Source: an uncultured Actinomycetes bacterium
GTDB taxonomy: Bacteria > Actinomycetota > Thermoleophilia > UBA2241
NCBI GenBank assembly: GCA_963725665.1
Contig: CAVRZA010000002.1
Span: forward strand, 529,062-593,061
Direction of reading: 5' to 3'
DNA: 64,000 bases
Made by a program: the position numbers and the translations under genes
Shown: piece after piece, positions 9,619 through 19,667 of the stretch
How positions within the stretch are numbered: the first letter of the stretch is position 1
Layout of the letters: every line of letters begins with the position of its first letter
The notes under the pieces: model-generated
Seen by the model: only the letters and a program-made list of their open reading frames with translations
Told to the model about the DNA's origin: nothing
Database searches by the model: none

Positions 9619-10545
9619 ATGGCGATGGCCGGTCGATCCCAAGCGGGTCTCACGAGGCGGGAGTTCGTTGTGGGGGGCGGCGTCGCGATGGGCGCCGCTC
9701 TCGGCGGCACGCTCGTCGCCCTGCGCATGTCGCCGCGCGAAGCCGTCGTCCGCGTGCTCGCCGCACTCGAGCTGGGGGGCAGCGTGCCGGCGCCCTCGGG
9801 AAGCAGGATCGTCTACGCGAAGTTCTCGTCAGGAGTCCTGCGACGGGACGTCACCTACGCGGTGGCGGTCCCGCCGGGCAGCGACATCGGGGAGCCGCTC
9901 CCGCTGGCGGTCTGTCTCCCCGGCCGCGGGGGCGACGCGCGAAGCATCTTTGGCTCCGGCATGTACTTCGCTGATTTCGTCGCCGAGGGCATCAGAGAGA
10001 GGCACCTCCCGGCCTTCGCCATGGCTGCCGTCGACGGCGGCGAGTCCTACTGGCACCGACGTGCATCGGGGGAGGACAGGATGTCGATGCTCCTGTACGA
10101 GCTCCTGCCCCTTCTACGCCGTAGGTACAGGCTCGGCGCGGGTGGTCAGAAGACCGCCATCGCGGGCTGGTCGATGGGAGGCTACGGCGCTCTGCTCGCC
10201 GCCGAGCGCCGGCCCGACATCTTTTGCGCCGTCTGCGCGGCGAGCCCGGCCATCTGGACCTCGTACGCGGCCATGATGCGCGGACCGCGCGACGCCTTCG
10301 ACAGCGCGGCCGATTTCGCCGCCAACGATGTCTTCGCCGGTATACCTCGTCTGCGGCACACCGCCGTCCGTGTCGACTGCGGCACGGCCGATCCCTTCTA
10401 CCCGTACGTGCGTGAGTTCGTCGCCGCTATCCCGTGGCACGTGGCGGGTGGCTTTGCCACCGGCGGGCACAACCCGGGCTACTGGCGGCGGGTCGCGCCC
10501 AAGCAGGTGGACTTCCTGGCGCGCCGTCTCGCGGGAACCGCCTGA
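9619..10545 (+). CDS. Tat-exported alpha/beta hydrolase (esterase family)
   Basis: TRREFVVGG twin-arginine signal, GWSMGG nucleophile elbow, DCGTADPF, GGHN. Confidence 0.88.
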   Translation: MAMAGRSQAGLTRREFVVGGGVAMGAALGGTLVALRMSPREAVVRVLAALELGGSVPAPSGSRIVYAKFSSGVLRRDVTYAVAVPPGSDIGEPLPLAVCLPGRGGDARSIFGSGMYFADFVAEGIRERHLPAFAMAAVDGGESYWHRRASGEDRMSMLLYELLPLLRRRYRLGAGGQKTAIAGWSMGGYGALLAAERRPDIFCAVCAASPAIWTSYAAMMRGPRDAFDSAADFAANDVFAGIPRLRHTAVRVDCGTADPFYPYVREFVAAIPWHVAGGFATGGHNPGYWRRVAPKQVDFLARRLAGTA

Positions 10546-10610
10546 TCCTGTGTCAGGGACGTCCCCGTGGCGGTCGGGTCGCGCAGACCGGTGGCGCGAG
10601 GTGGGCTGGG

Positions 10611-11318
10611 CTAGCGGCTCGCCAGACCGCCGGCCGTCTCGCCGCCGTCCATGACGATGGCACTGCCCGTCATGTAGGCGGCCTCATCGGAGCAGAGGAA
10701 GGCGAAGAGGGCCGCCATCTCCTCGGGCCGCGCTTGGCGCCGCAGGGGGAGCTTCTCGATGACGGCGGTGACCATCTCGGGCGTGTACTCCGCCTCCTGC
10801 ATCGGCGTGAGCACGTAGCCCGGGCAAACCGCGTTCACGCGCACCCACGGCGCCCACTCGAGAGCCATGGTGCGCGTGAGGGCGAGCACGGCCGCCTTGG
10901 TTGCGTTGTAGTCACCGTAGAAAGGGTGGCCGACGAGCGCGTTCGTCGATGAGACGTTGAGGATCACCCCGCCGCGCTCCACCATGCTGCGCGCCGCCGT
11001 CTGGGCCACGTTGAAGACGCCGGTGAGGTTGGTGGCGATGACCTGGTCCCACTCCGCGGGCGTCGTATCGAGCAGGCGATGCCGGTAGCTGATGCCGGCG
11101 TTGTTGATGACGATGTCGACCGGGTCGATCTCGGCGAACGCCGCCTTGACCTGGTCTAAGTCGCCGACGTCGACGCGGTACTCGCCGGGGCCGTCGCCGG
11201 CGTGCCGGGCGAACACGACGACGTCGCTGCCCTCTGCGCGGAAGCGCTCGACCGTGGCGAGGCCGATGCCGCTCGTGCCGCCGGTGACGAGCACACGCTT
11301 GTTTGCCAGGCCGAGCAC
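10611..11318 (-). CDS. SDR family NAD(P)-dependent oxidoreductase
   Basis: TGGTSGIG, NNAG, YNATK, VNAVCPG, MDGG; start placed at GTG 11318. Confidence 0.93.
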   Translation of the reverse strand: MLGLANKRVLVTGGTSGIGLATVERFRAEGSDVVVFARHAGDGPGEYRVDVGDLDQVKAAFAEIDPVDIVINNAGISYRHRLLDTTPAEWDQVIATNLTGVFNVAQTAARSMVERGGVILNVSSTNALVGHPFYGDYNATKAAVLALTRTMALEWAPWVRVNAVCPGYVLTPMQEAEYTPEMVTAVIEKLPLRRQARPEEMAALFAFLCSDEAAYMTGSAIVMDGGETAGGLASR

Positions 11319-11499
11319 GTGGGCGATTCTATCAGGGCCGGTGAGGCTCGACGGCGATGACGATCGGGTCCGGCCCCGGCCCTGGGCGAATCGAGGAGGC
11401 TTTGTGCGCGGGGACGATGCGAGTGCGGCAGGCGGCGCGGAGCCGAGGGTCGCGGGGGCGGCGTCTGCGCGCGGGGCGGCCCCACGGGGGGAGGACGTC

Positions 11500-11970
11500 G
11501 TGCGCGTAGGCGTTATCTCCGACACGCACGGGCAGCTCAGCGACGAGGTTCCTGGGCTCTTCGCGGGAGTCGACCGCATCGTGCACGCCGGCGACGTCGG
11601 CGACGAGCGCGTGCTTCAGAGGCTCGCGCTCGTCGCCCCCGTCACCGCCGTGCACGGCAACATGGACGCCGGCCTGCCCGCGGCCGACCTGCCCCTGGAG
11701 GCCGTGCTCGACGTGGGGCGCGTGCGCCTCCTCGTGGGTCACGTAAAGGAAGCGCTGTTACGCCGACACGACCCCTCGGGGGAGGGGATCGCGGTCGTCG
11801 TGACGGGGCACACACACCGCGCCCAGGTGGCAAACGAAGGTGGCGTCCTCTATCTGAACCCGGGGACGGCGAACCGTACCCGAGGCTTCGGACGGCCGGC
11901 GAGCGTGGCTCTCCTTGACATCGACGGCAGGGGGATCAGAGCGGAGATCGTGACGCTGAAGCGGTCCTGA
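11500..11970 (+). CDS. YfcE/MJ0936-family metallophosphoesterase
   Basis: ISDTHG, HAGD, GNMD, GHTH, NPG motifs. Confidence 0.92.
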   Translation: MRVGVISDTHGQLSDEVPGLFAGVDRIVHAGDVGDERVLQRLALVAPVTAVHGNMDAGLPAADLPLEAVLDVGRVRLLVGHVKEALLRRHDPSGEGIAVVVTGHTHRAQVANEGGVLYLNPGTANRTRGFGRPASVALLDIDGRGIRAEIVTLKRS

Positions 11971-11976
11971 GGGAAA

Positions 11977-12053
<77 letters not shown>

Positions 12054-12261
12054 ACGCGGAGTCGTAGCGTACCCGAAAAGGGCTGCGGATGGTACAGACA
12101 CCCGGGTGTTGTCAGGTCTGAATACAGTAGTCACGGGGCGGCTCGGCGGCAAACGGAGCTCCTCCTTGATTCGGCGCAACGCGCGGGGAGATACTGCGAG
12201 GATGGTAGGAGCGGCTCGGCCGCACGCCGGGACGCACGAGCCAAGGGAGAAGGGGGAGCCA

Positions 12262-13953
12262 GTGAATACCGCACGCAAGACCCTATTCTTCGTTGCCGTA
12301 CTTCTGACGGTGCTGCTGCTCGCCGTCAGCGTCGCGGCGGCGCAACCCAAGCGAGTGTTGATCGTCGTCATGGACCAGATGCAGCCGGGGTACGCGCAGC
12401 AGTTCCACATGAAGAACGTGCTCTGGCTGCAGCATCATGGCGTGACGTTCCCGAACGCCTTTGTGGGCGACATGGCCTCCGAGACGGTTGTGAGTCACAA
12501 CGTGATGGTCAGCGGCCAGTTCCCCAAGCACATGGGCTGGTCGGATGAGGCCTTCCGTGATGTGGGCAACGTGCTGGGGTTCGGGGCCGGCGCTATCGTG
12601 ACCAGCGGTGATCTGGGCTTCGCGCAGTACGAGGCCCTGATTCAGGCGGCCGGCGACTACCCGAAGCTCGGCGACTACTTGCGCGCCGCGTTCCCGGGCA
12701 CGGTCGTCGCCAATGTGGGCCAGAAGGGCTACCAGGTCGAGTCTATGGCGGCCGAGAGTTCGGACTGGTACGTCCGCATGGGCAGCAAGGGCAATACCGC
12801 CGATCTGACCGCCCCCTTCAGCCCTTCCAGCGTGCCGTGGAGCGGCACGTATCGCGGGCCGTCCGGCAAGGTGCCCGACTACATCAAGAACGACCCGCGG
12901 TATCTTGTCAGTGTCGGCAACGCTTGGGACACCTACGGGACGGAGTTGCAGTATCCCTCCTGGCTGTATTCGGAGGATGGGCGCTACGTGCCGAGTGAGT
13001 TCCAAGACCACCAGAGCGGTGACATCTGGGTGGCCGACGCCGCCACCGCCATCATGGAGCACGAGAACTGGTCGGGCCTGTGGGTCACTTTCAGCGCCAT
13101 CGACAAGATCGGGCACATGTGGGGTGGCGGCGCGGTGGACACGGTCGCCAACTACGGCTGGGACCCGAGCTCGATCTATGACTGGGTGCACATGCCCTTC
13201 GCGGCCAAGAACGCCGACGAGCAGCTCGGCAAGCTCATCGCCGAGCTCAAGAAACAACATCAGTTGAAGGACACGCTCATCGTGCTCACCGCAGACCACG
13301 GGTCCACGTACGGTGAGCACTTCTACGGCGATAAGACCCTCGGTGCCAGCGAGGACAACTGGGAGGCCGGCACCTGGTATCCAGGAAGCGCCACGCCGAG
13401 CACGAGCCCAGGCTCAGCGACCCTGCAGCCGCTGCTGGCCACCGGCAACGTCCTCTTCAGCTACCAGTCGACGGCCATGGAGACGTGGCTCATCGACCAG
13501 TCGTGGAAGATGAAGGTCGCGGCGGCGAAGGTCATGGCGAAGCTTCCGGGTGTCATCGCCACCTACGTGAAGAGTGAGGACAGCGACAGCTACGTTCTCC
13601 AGTGCACCAGGACGAGCACGCGCATGACCTGGGCCGAAAGGGCGTGGTGGCTGCGACACGGCCAGGAGCTAGTGGACACCATGGCCTGGGAGGGCTCGGC
13701 CGATGTGGTCGGGCTGCTCGCCGACCGCACGAGCTACGGCGCGTACGGTGATCACGGCGGCGCGCAGAAGGACGTACAGCGCATCCCGATGGCCTTCTAC
13801 AGCCCGGGCATTCGGCATGCTGTGAGCTGCTCGCCTATTCGGCTCGTCGACATCATGCCGACGGTGCTCAAAGCCATGCGCATCCCGCTCACCGCGCCTG
13901 TCGACGGACGCGCATACAAGCTAGTCGTACACCACAGGCATTGCCGCCACTGA
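12262..13953 (+). CDS. Secreted alkaline phosphatase-superfamily protein (nucleotide pyrophosphatase/phosphodiesterase-like)
   Basis: Signal peptide, VVMDQ, SETVVSH (Thr nucleophile), DKIGH, TADHG, DHGG. Confidence 0.87.
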   Translation: MNTARKTLFFVAVLLTVLLLAVSVAAAQPKRVLIVVMDQMQPGYAQQFHMKNVLWLQHHGVTFPNAFVGDMASETVVSHNVMVSGQFPKHMGWSDEAFRDVGNVLGFGAGAIVTSGDLGFAQYEALIQAAGDYPKLGDYLRAAFPGTVVANVGQKGYQVESMAAESSDWYVRMGSKGNTADLTAPFSPSSVPWSGTYRGPSGKVPDYIKNDPRYLVSVGNAWDTYGTELQYPSWLYSEDGRYVPSEFQDHQSGDIWVADAATAIMEHENWSGLWVTFSAIDKIGHMWGGGAVDTVANYGWDPSSIYDWVHMPFAAKNADEQLGKLIAELKKQHQLKDTLIVLTADHGSTYGEHFYGDKTLGASEDNWEAGTWYPGSATPSTSPGSATLQPLLATGNVLFSYQSTAMETWLIDQSWKMKVAAAKVMAKLPGVIATYVKSEDSDSYVLQCTRTSTRMTWAERAWWLRHGQELVDTMAWEGSADVVGLLADRTSYGAYGDHGGAQKDVQRIPMAFYSPGIRHAVSCSPIRLVDIMPTVLKAMRIPLTAPVDGRAYKLVVHHRHCRH

Positions 13954-13968
13954 CAACCGCGACCAGGA

Positions 13969-14006
13969 GGGGCCGGGGGCGCCGACAGGCGCCCGCGGCC
14001 CCCTTT
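13969..14006. terminator. GC hairpin between convergent genes
   Basis: ggggccgggggcgcc..ggcgcccgcggcccc followed by cttt. Confidence 0.6.
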
Positions 14007-14035
14007 ACGTCGTGCAACGTATCCGGGTGAGTCGG

Positions 14036-15127
14036 CTAGCTCGTCGGCAAGGCGCGACTCCGTCCGCCGGGTCCCGCCCCCACGGTCCTGCCCAGTGAGG
14101 CGAGCAGCTCGACGATGCCGGCGTTGATGGCGTCGGCCGTTTCGTGCACGGCGGCCTTCTCGGGGTAGATCTCGTACTTGGCGCGGTACTCGAGGGGCGT
14201 CAGGTTGGGCATGACGACGTTGGCCCCGCGCTGCAGGCCGTGCGCCCGCCCGCCGTCCCTGTTGATGAGCGACAGCGCCGTGGTCGCCGGCAGGTTGGCG
14301 TCGGGGCGCACGAGCCGCGTGAGGGCGACGACCTTGCAGGTCATGAGCTCGCTGTTGGGCGCCTGGTCGGCCGCCCAGTCGCTGCGCCCGCGGCGTTCCT
14401 CGAACTCGCGCCCGAGGGGTGTCGCCGGATGCGGCAGGTAGGGACCGATGCCGATCATGTCCATGTCCATGTCGCGGAAGAGGTCGATGTCGTCGGCCAC
14501 CGACTCGTGTGTCTGTCCGGGGATGCCGACCATGATGCCGGTCCCCGCTTCGTAGCCCAGCCTCTGCAGGGTGGCGATGATCGCCAGGCGGTCCGAGACA
14601 CGCCCCGGCAGGTCGGGGTGGATGCGGCGGTAGAGCCGCTCATCGGAGGTCTCGAAGCGCAGCAGGTAGCGGTCGGCGCCGGCGGCGCGCCACGCGGCGA
14701 GATCGGCGTCGGGGCGCTCGCCGAGACTGAGCGTCACGGCGAGCGCCGTCTCGGCCTTGATCTGTCTGATCACGTCCGCGAGCCACTCGGGCTCGATGCC
14801 GTAGTCCTCGCCCGACTGCATGACGAGGGTGCCGTAGCCGTAGGCGCGCGCCTGCCGGGCACAAGCGACCACGGACTCTGCCGGCATGCGGTAGCGCTCG
14901 AGGGCGCGGTTGGGGCCGCGGATACCGCAGTAGGTGCAGGCGCGCACGCAGTAGTTGGAGATCTCCGCCAGGCCGCGCAGGTGGACCGCGTCGCCGACGT
15001 AGCGCCGGCGCGCCTCGTCGGCCGCTCGCCAGAGCGCCTCGAGGCGCGCCTCGTCGTCCTCGCGCAGCCAGGCCAGGACCGCCGCGCGGGAGAGGCCGAT
15101 GACCGCCTCTGGCGGAGGAGGCCTCAT
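14036..15127 (-). CDS. hydE: [FeFe]-hydrogenase maturase HydE (radical SAM)
   Basis: CVRACTYC, YLLRFET, GIGPYLPHPATP, GANVVMPN; within the hyd operon. Confidence 0.93.
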   Translation of the reverse strand: MRPPPPEAVIGLSRAAVLAWLREDDEARLEALWRAADEARRRYVGDAVHLRGLAEISNYCVRACTYCGIRGPNRALERYRMPAESVVACARQARAYGYGTLVMQSGEDYGIEPEWLADVIRQIKAETALAVTLSLGERPDADLAAWRAAGADRYLLRFETSDERLYRRIHPDLPGRVSDRLAIIATLQRLGYEAGTGIMVGIPGQTHESVADDIDLFRDMDMDMIGIGPYLPHPATPLGREFEERRGRSDWAADQAPNSELMTCKVVALTRLVRPDANLPATTALSLINRDGGRAHGLQRGANVVMPNLTPLEYRAKYEIYPEKAAVHETADAINAGIVELLASLGRTVGAGPGGRSRALPTS

Positions 15128-15208
15128 CGCGCGACGTCGGCGGCGCGAGGGGCGACGCCCCGGGACGCGCTCAAGCCGCAATCGTGGCTCGCGCCCATGA
15201 GCGCCGAC

Positions 15209-16511
15209 TCAGAGCTCGTCGGTGGCCACGCCGTCGGGCGTGGCGATGGGCGCGGCGGCGGCGAGGTGGTCCGTCGCCGCCGCGCCCATCGCGCTCTGCA
15301 GCACGTCGAGCGCGGCCGGGAACGCCTGCAGCGCGCGCTCGAAGATGCCCAGGCTGTAGGCGATGACCAGGCCGTAGTTGGTGATCGGCACGCCCGCCTG
15401 CCGACAGCGCATGATACGACCCAGCATGGCGCGCCGGTTGAAGCTGCAGGCGCCGCAGTGCACGATCAGGTCGTAGTCGCTCGGGTCCTCGGGAAAGTCG
15501 TGTCCCTGCATGTGCTCGAACTCGAGCTTGCCGCCCACGTATTGCGTCAGCCAGCGGGGGATCTTCACGCGCCCGATGTCCTCGGCGATGGGGTGGTGGC
15601 TGCAGGCCTCGGCGATGAGCACGCGGTCGCCGCTCTTGAGGTGTTCGACCGCCAGCGTGCCCTCCACCTGGCTTACCAGGTCGCCCTTGAAGCGCGCGAA
15701 GAGGATCGAGAAGCTGGTCATGAGCACCGCGGGCGGCGTGTCGGCGGCCACCTTGAGAAAGGCCTGCGAGTCGGTGACCACGAGCCGCGGCGGCCGCTGC
15801 AGACGCTCGAACGCCTCCTTGAGCTCGCGCTCCTTCACGACGAGGGCCATGGCGTCGGTGTCCATAAGGTCGCGGATGGCCTGGACCTGGGGCAGGATGA
15901 GGCGACCTCGCGGGGCCTCCTTGTCGATGGGCACCACGAGCACGGCCATCTCGCCTGGCCCCACGAGGTCGCCCAGGATGGTCGGGTTGTCGACGAAGTC
16001 GGCCGGCGCCGTGTCGAGGAGCGCCTGGCGGAAGTCGAGGATGCCCACGCCCTCGGGCGCCGCCGTCTCGACGACGCGCACCTTGAGCTCCTTCAGCCGC
16101 GCCGGCGCGAGGCGCGCTCGGGCGAGGTCGATCTTGTTGAAGACGACCACGACGGGGACGTTGCGCCCACTGAGCTCGTCGAGGATCTGGTCCTCGAAGT
16201 CCTCCCACACGCCGGCCTCGGTGACGATCACGCCGAGGTCGGTGCGATCGAAGACCTGCATGGTGCGCTTCGCGCGCAGCTCGCCCAGGGCGCCGACGTC
16301 GTCGATGCCGGCCGTGTCGATGAAGAGCACGGGGCCGAGCGGCAGCAGCTCCATCGGCTTCTCGACGGGGTCGGTCGTCGTGCCGGCCTGGTCGGAGACG
16401 ATGGAGACGTCCTGGCGCGTGATGGCGTTGAGCAGGCTCGACTTGCCCACGTTGCGCCGGCCGAAGAGGCCGATGTGAAGCCGCATGCCGCGCGGCGCTG
16501 TCTGCGGTCAT
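15209..16511 (-). CDS. hydF: [FeFe]-hydrogenase maturase GTPase HydF (probable indel at the start)
   Basis: GRRNVGKS, DTAG, NKID, RLILPQ, CSHH...HCGAC cluster motif; ATG 16511 is out of frame with the body (in-frame ATG at 16486). Confidence 0.95.
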
Positions 16512-17994
16512 GGCTGGCCAGCTCCGCGCTTCGCTCGAGTCGCATGCCGCGCGTTCGGTCAGGCCAGCCTCGCTCGCCGCGTCCCATCGACGTCGGCGTG
16601 CCGAGGCGGCAGACGGCCTCGGCCGTCAGGAGCTCGTCGAACTCGGCCTCGCTGAGCCGGCCGTCGGCCAATGCGACCTCACGGATCGACGTGCCCGTCT
16701 CGTGCGCCCGGCGCACGATCTCGCTGGCGGCCTCGTAGCCGATCGCCGGCACGAGCGCGGTGGCCACTGCCGACGAGGCCTCGACGTGCGCCCGGCAGCG
16801 GACCTCGTCGGCTTCGATGCCCTCGACGCAGAAGCGGCGCAGGATCTCGCAGGAGCGTGCCAGCAAGAGCAGGCTCTCGATGAGCGCGGCGGCGATGAGC
16901 GGCAGGAAGGCGTTGAGCTCGAGGCTGCCGTACGCCGCCGCGTAGCCGATGGTGGCGTCGTAGCCCATGACCGTCAGCGCCGCCTGCGTCACGGCCTCGG
17001 GGATCACAGGGTTGACCTTGCCGGGCATGATGGAAGAGCCAGCCTGGCGTTGCGGGAGCCTGATCTCGCCGATGCCGGCTTCCGGTCCCGACGAGAGAAG
17101 CCGCAGGTCGGAGCAGATCTTGATCAGCGTGCTGGCGAGGGCCTTGAGGATGCCCGAGACCTCGACGTAGACGTCGGCGTTCTGCGTCGCCTCGGTCAGG
17201 TTCTCGGCGCGCGCGAAGCCGATCGAGGTCAGCTCGCGCAGCGTATCGACGACCCGGAAGATGTACTGCCGCGGGGCTGCGAACCCCGTGCCGATGGCCG
17301 TCCCGCCCAGGTTGACCACGCGCAGGCGCTCCTCGCACTTGTAGATGCGCCAGCGGTCGCGGCTCAGAGCCTCGGCGTAGGCACCCATCTCGCGGCCCAG
17401 CGTGGTCAGCACGGCGTCCTGCATCTGCGTGCGGCCGACCTTGACGACGTGGGCGAAGCCCTTCTCGTGCACCTGGAAGCTCTCCTGCAACGCGACGACC
17501 TGCTCCTCCAGCTTGTGCAGGAGGCGGATGGCCGCCAAGCGCAGCGCGGTGGGGAAGGTGTCGTTGGTCGACTGGTGGAGGTTGACATCATCGAGGGGCG
17601 AGACGCGTGCGTAGGCGCCGTGCGGCTCGCCCAGGATCTCCAACGCGCGGTTGGCCAGCACCTCGTTGACGTTCATGTTGGCGCTCGTTCCGGCGCCGCC
17701 CTGCAGGCGGTCAACGACGACGGCGTCGTTCAGCCCTCCATCGGCCATCTCGCGGCAGGCGCGCTCGATGGCGTCGGCCTTCGCCTCGTCGTCGCGCCAG
17801 GCGCCGAGGCTGCGGTTGGTCAGCGCGCACGCCAGCTTGACGGTGCCGAACGCCGCGACCAGCTCGCCGTGCACGGGCCGTCCGGTGAGGTGGAAGTTCT
17901 CCAGGGCGCGCAGCGTGTGCACCCCGAAGAGGCTCTCCTCGGGCACGGCGACCTCGCCGAGCAGGTCATGCTCGATGCGGTGACCGTCACTCAC
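16510..17994 (-). CDS. aspA: Aspartate ammonia-lyase (3' end uncertain; ORF reads on to 16228)
   Basis: GGAGTSANMNVNEV, HQSTND, KVGRTQMQDA, GSSIMPGKVNPVIPE signature. Confidence 0.92.
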
Positions 17995-18254
17995 TCGTGT
18001 GTGAACACCATCATCTGTGCCTCGACGCCCTCTATGGCGCTGAGCCGCGCCATCATGGCGTCGCAGTCGCTCTCGGCGCCGATCACGTCGAGCAGCACGA
18101 CACCGCTCGGCGAGCACATCGTGCCGTCCGTGTCGTGCAGTCCCACGCGCGTGCGGATGTTGCAGCCGAACTCGGTGAACACCGCCTGCACGCCGCCGGC
18201 ATTCCTAGCCCGGTCGCTGATGTGGACGCCGACGATCAGGTGCTTCTCGCTCAT
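17991..18254 (-). CDS. TM1266-like iron-only hydrogenase system regulator (ACT-like)
   Basis: 87 aa; VQAVFTEFGCNIRTRVGLH; directly downstream of hydG. Confidence 0.75.
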   Translation of the reverse strand: MSEKHLIVGVHISDRARNAGGVQAVFTEFGCNIRTRVGLHDTDGTMCSPSGVVLLDVIGAESDCDAMMARLSAIEGVEAQMMVFTHE

Positions 18255-18266
18255 CTGTGCCCTCCC

Positions 18267-19667
18267 CTAGCAGAACGCGTCGCGCTCGCCGGCGCGCACG
18301 CGGGCCATGAGCTTCTCCGAGACGCGACGCCCGCGCGCACTCATGCGCGCGAGCGTCGCGTCGATCAGGAGCTCGCCCGCCGCGCGCGTCACCGGCGAGC
18401 CGTAGTCCAAAAGGTACTCGAGGAACGTCGAAAGCGCGTTGGGGCCGCAGTGCTCCTTGATCTCGCCCGGCTTAGCGAGATCCATGAAATCGGCGCCCGT
18501 GCGGCCCAGACGATAGCAGGCGGTGCAGAACGAGGGGATGTATCCGAGCTGCGCCACATCGTTGATGACCTCGTCGAGCGTGCGGTGGTCACCGAGCTGG
18601 AACTGCTCCATCTCGGCCACGGTGTCGTCGGTGTACCCGCCGGGGTTCGTGCGGCTGCCGGCCGAGATCTGCGACACACCGAGCGCGAAGGTCTCGCGCC
18701 GGATGCCGGCAGTCTCGCGCGTCGACATGATGATGCCGGTGTAGGGCACGGCGAGGCGCAGGATGGCGACTATCTTGCGGAAGTCGATGTCGTCGACCGG
18801 GTGCGGCGGGTGCTCGGCGATGTTCGAGCCGACCGCGGGCTCGAGACGGGGCACGCTGATCGTGTGCGGGCCGACGCCGAAGGTGCGCTCGAGATGGCGG
18901 ATATGCTCCATCAACGCGAGGACCTCGAAGCGCCAGTCGAAGAGGCCGAAGAGCACGCCGATGCCGACGTCGTCGATACCGCCCTCCATCGCCCGGTCCA
19001 TACCCGTCACGCGCCAGTCGTAGTCGCGCTTCTTGCCGCCCAGGTGCACCTTACGGTACGTCTCGCGGTGGTAGGTCTCCTGGAAGAGCTGGTAGGTGCC
19101 GATGCCCGACGCCTTGAGCTCGCGGAACTCGTCGACCGTCAGCGGCGCCACGTTCACGTTGACGCGGCGTATCTCGCCGCGGTCGCGTTTGACCGCGTAG
19201 ATGGTGGCGATCGAGTCGAGGACGTAGCGGAAACCCTCCTCGGGGTACGACTCGCCGGCCACGAGCAGCACGCGCTTGTGTCCCTGCTCGACCAGGATCT
19301 CGACCTCGCGGCGGATCTCGTCCTGCGTCAGCGCCCGCCGCTTGAGTTCCTTGTTACGCACGCGAAAGGCGCAGTACAGGCAATCGTTCGAGCACAGGTT
19401 CGAGACGTAGAGCGGGGCGAAGAGGACCAGACGCTTGCCGTAGATCGTCTCCTTGACCTCGCGCGCCGCGGCGAAGAGCTCGGCGAGGAGGTCGGGGTCG
19501 CTGATCGTCGACAAGGCGGCGACCTCGCTCATCTCGAGGCCGTGCGCCTCCTCGCCCTTGGCCAGGATCTCGTGCACGCGAGTCTCGTTGGCCCGCCCGC
19601 CCTCGATGAGAGCCGTGATGATGTCGCCTTCGTCGATGAACTCGACGGGCGTCGTCGTTGTGGTCAT
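18267..19667 (-). CDS. hydG: [FeFe]-hydrogenase maturase HydG
   Basis: FAPLYVSNLCSNDCLYC, FQETYH, GPHTISVPR, C-terminal CTAC-x22-C; ATGA overlap with the kinase stop. Confidence 0.96.
   Translation of the reverse strand: MTTTTTPVEFIDEGDIITALIEGGRANETRVHEILAKGEEAHGLEMSEVAALSTISDPDLLAELFAAAREVKETIYGKRLVLFAPLYVSNLCSNDCLYCAFRVRNKELKRRALTQDEIRREVEILVEQGHKRVLLVAGESYPEEGFRYVLDSIATIYAVKRDRGEIRRVNVNVAPLTVDEFRELKASGIGTYQLFQETYHRETYRKVHLGGKKRDYDWRVTGMDRAMEGGIDDVGIGVLFGLFDWRFEVLALMEHIRHLERTFGVGPHTISVPRLEPAVGSNIAEHPPHPVDDIDFRKIVAILRLAVPYTGIIMSTRETAGIRRETFALGVSQISAGSRTNPGGYTDDTVAEMEQFQLGDHRTLDEVINDVAQLGYIPSFCTACYRLGRTGADFMDLAKPGEIKEHCGPNALSTFLEYLLDYGSPVTRAAGELLIDATLARMSARGRRVSEKLMARVRAGERDAFC

Noticed and set aside
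14144-16738. 864-aa plus-strand ORF and similar long antisense ORFs (17997-20186, 25736-27928, 38166-40019)
   Set aside because: Shadow frames of clear opposite-strand genes; expected in high-GC DNA with few stops.
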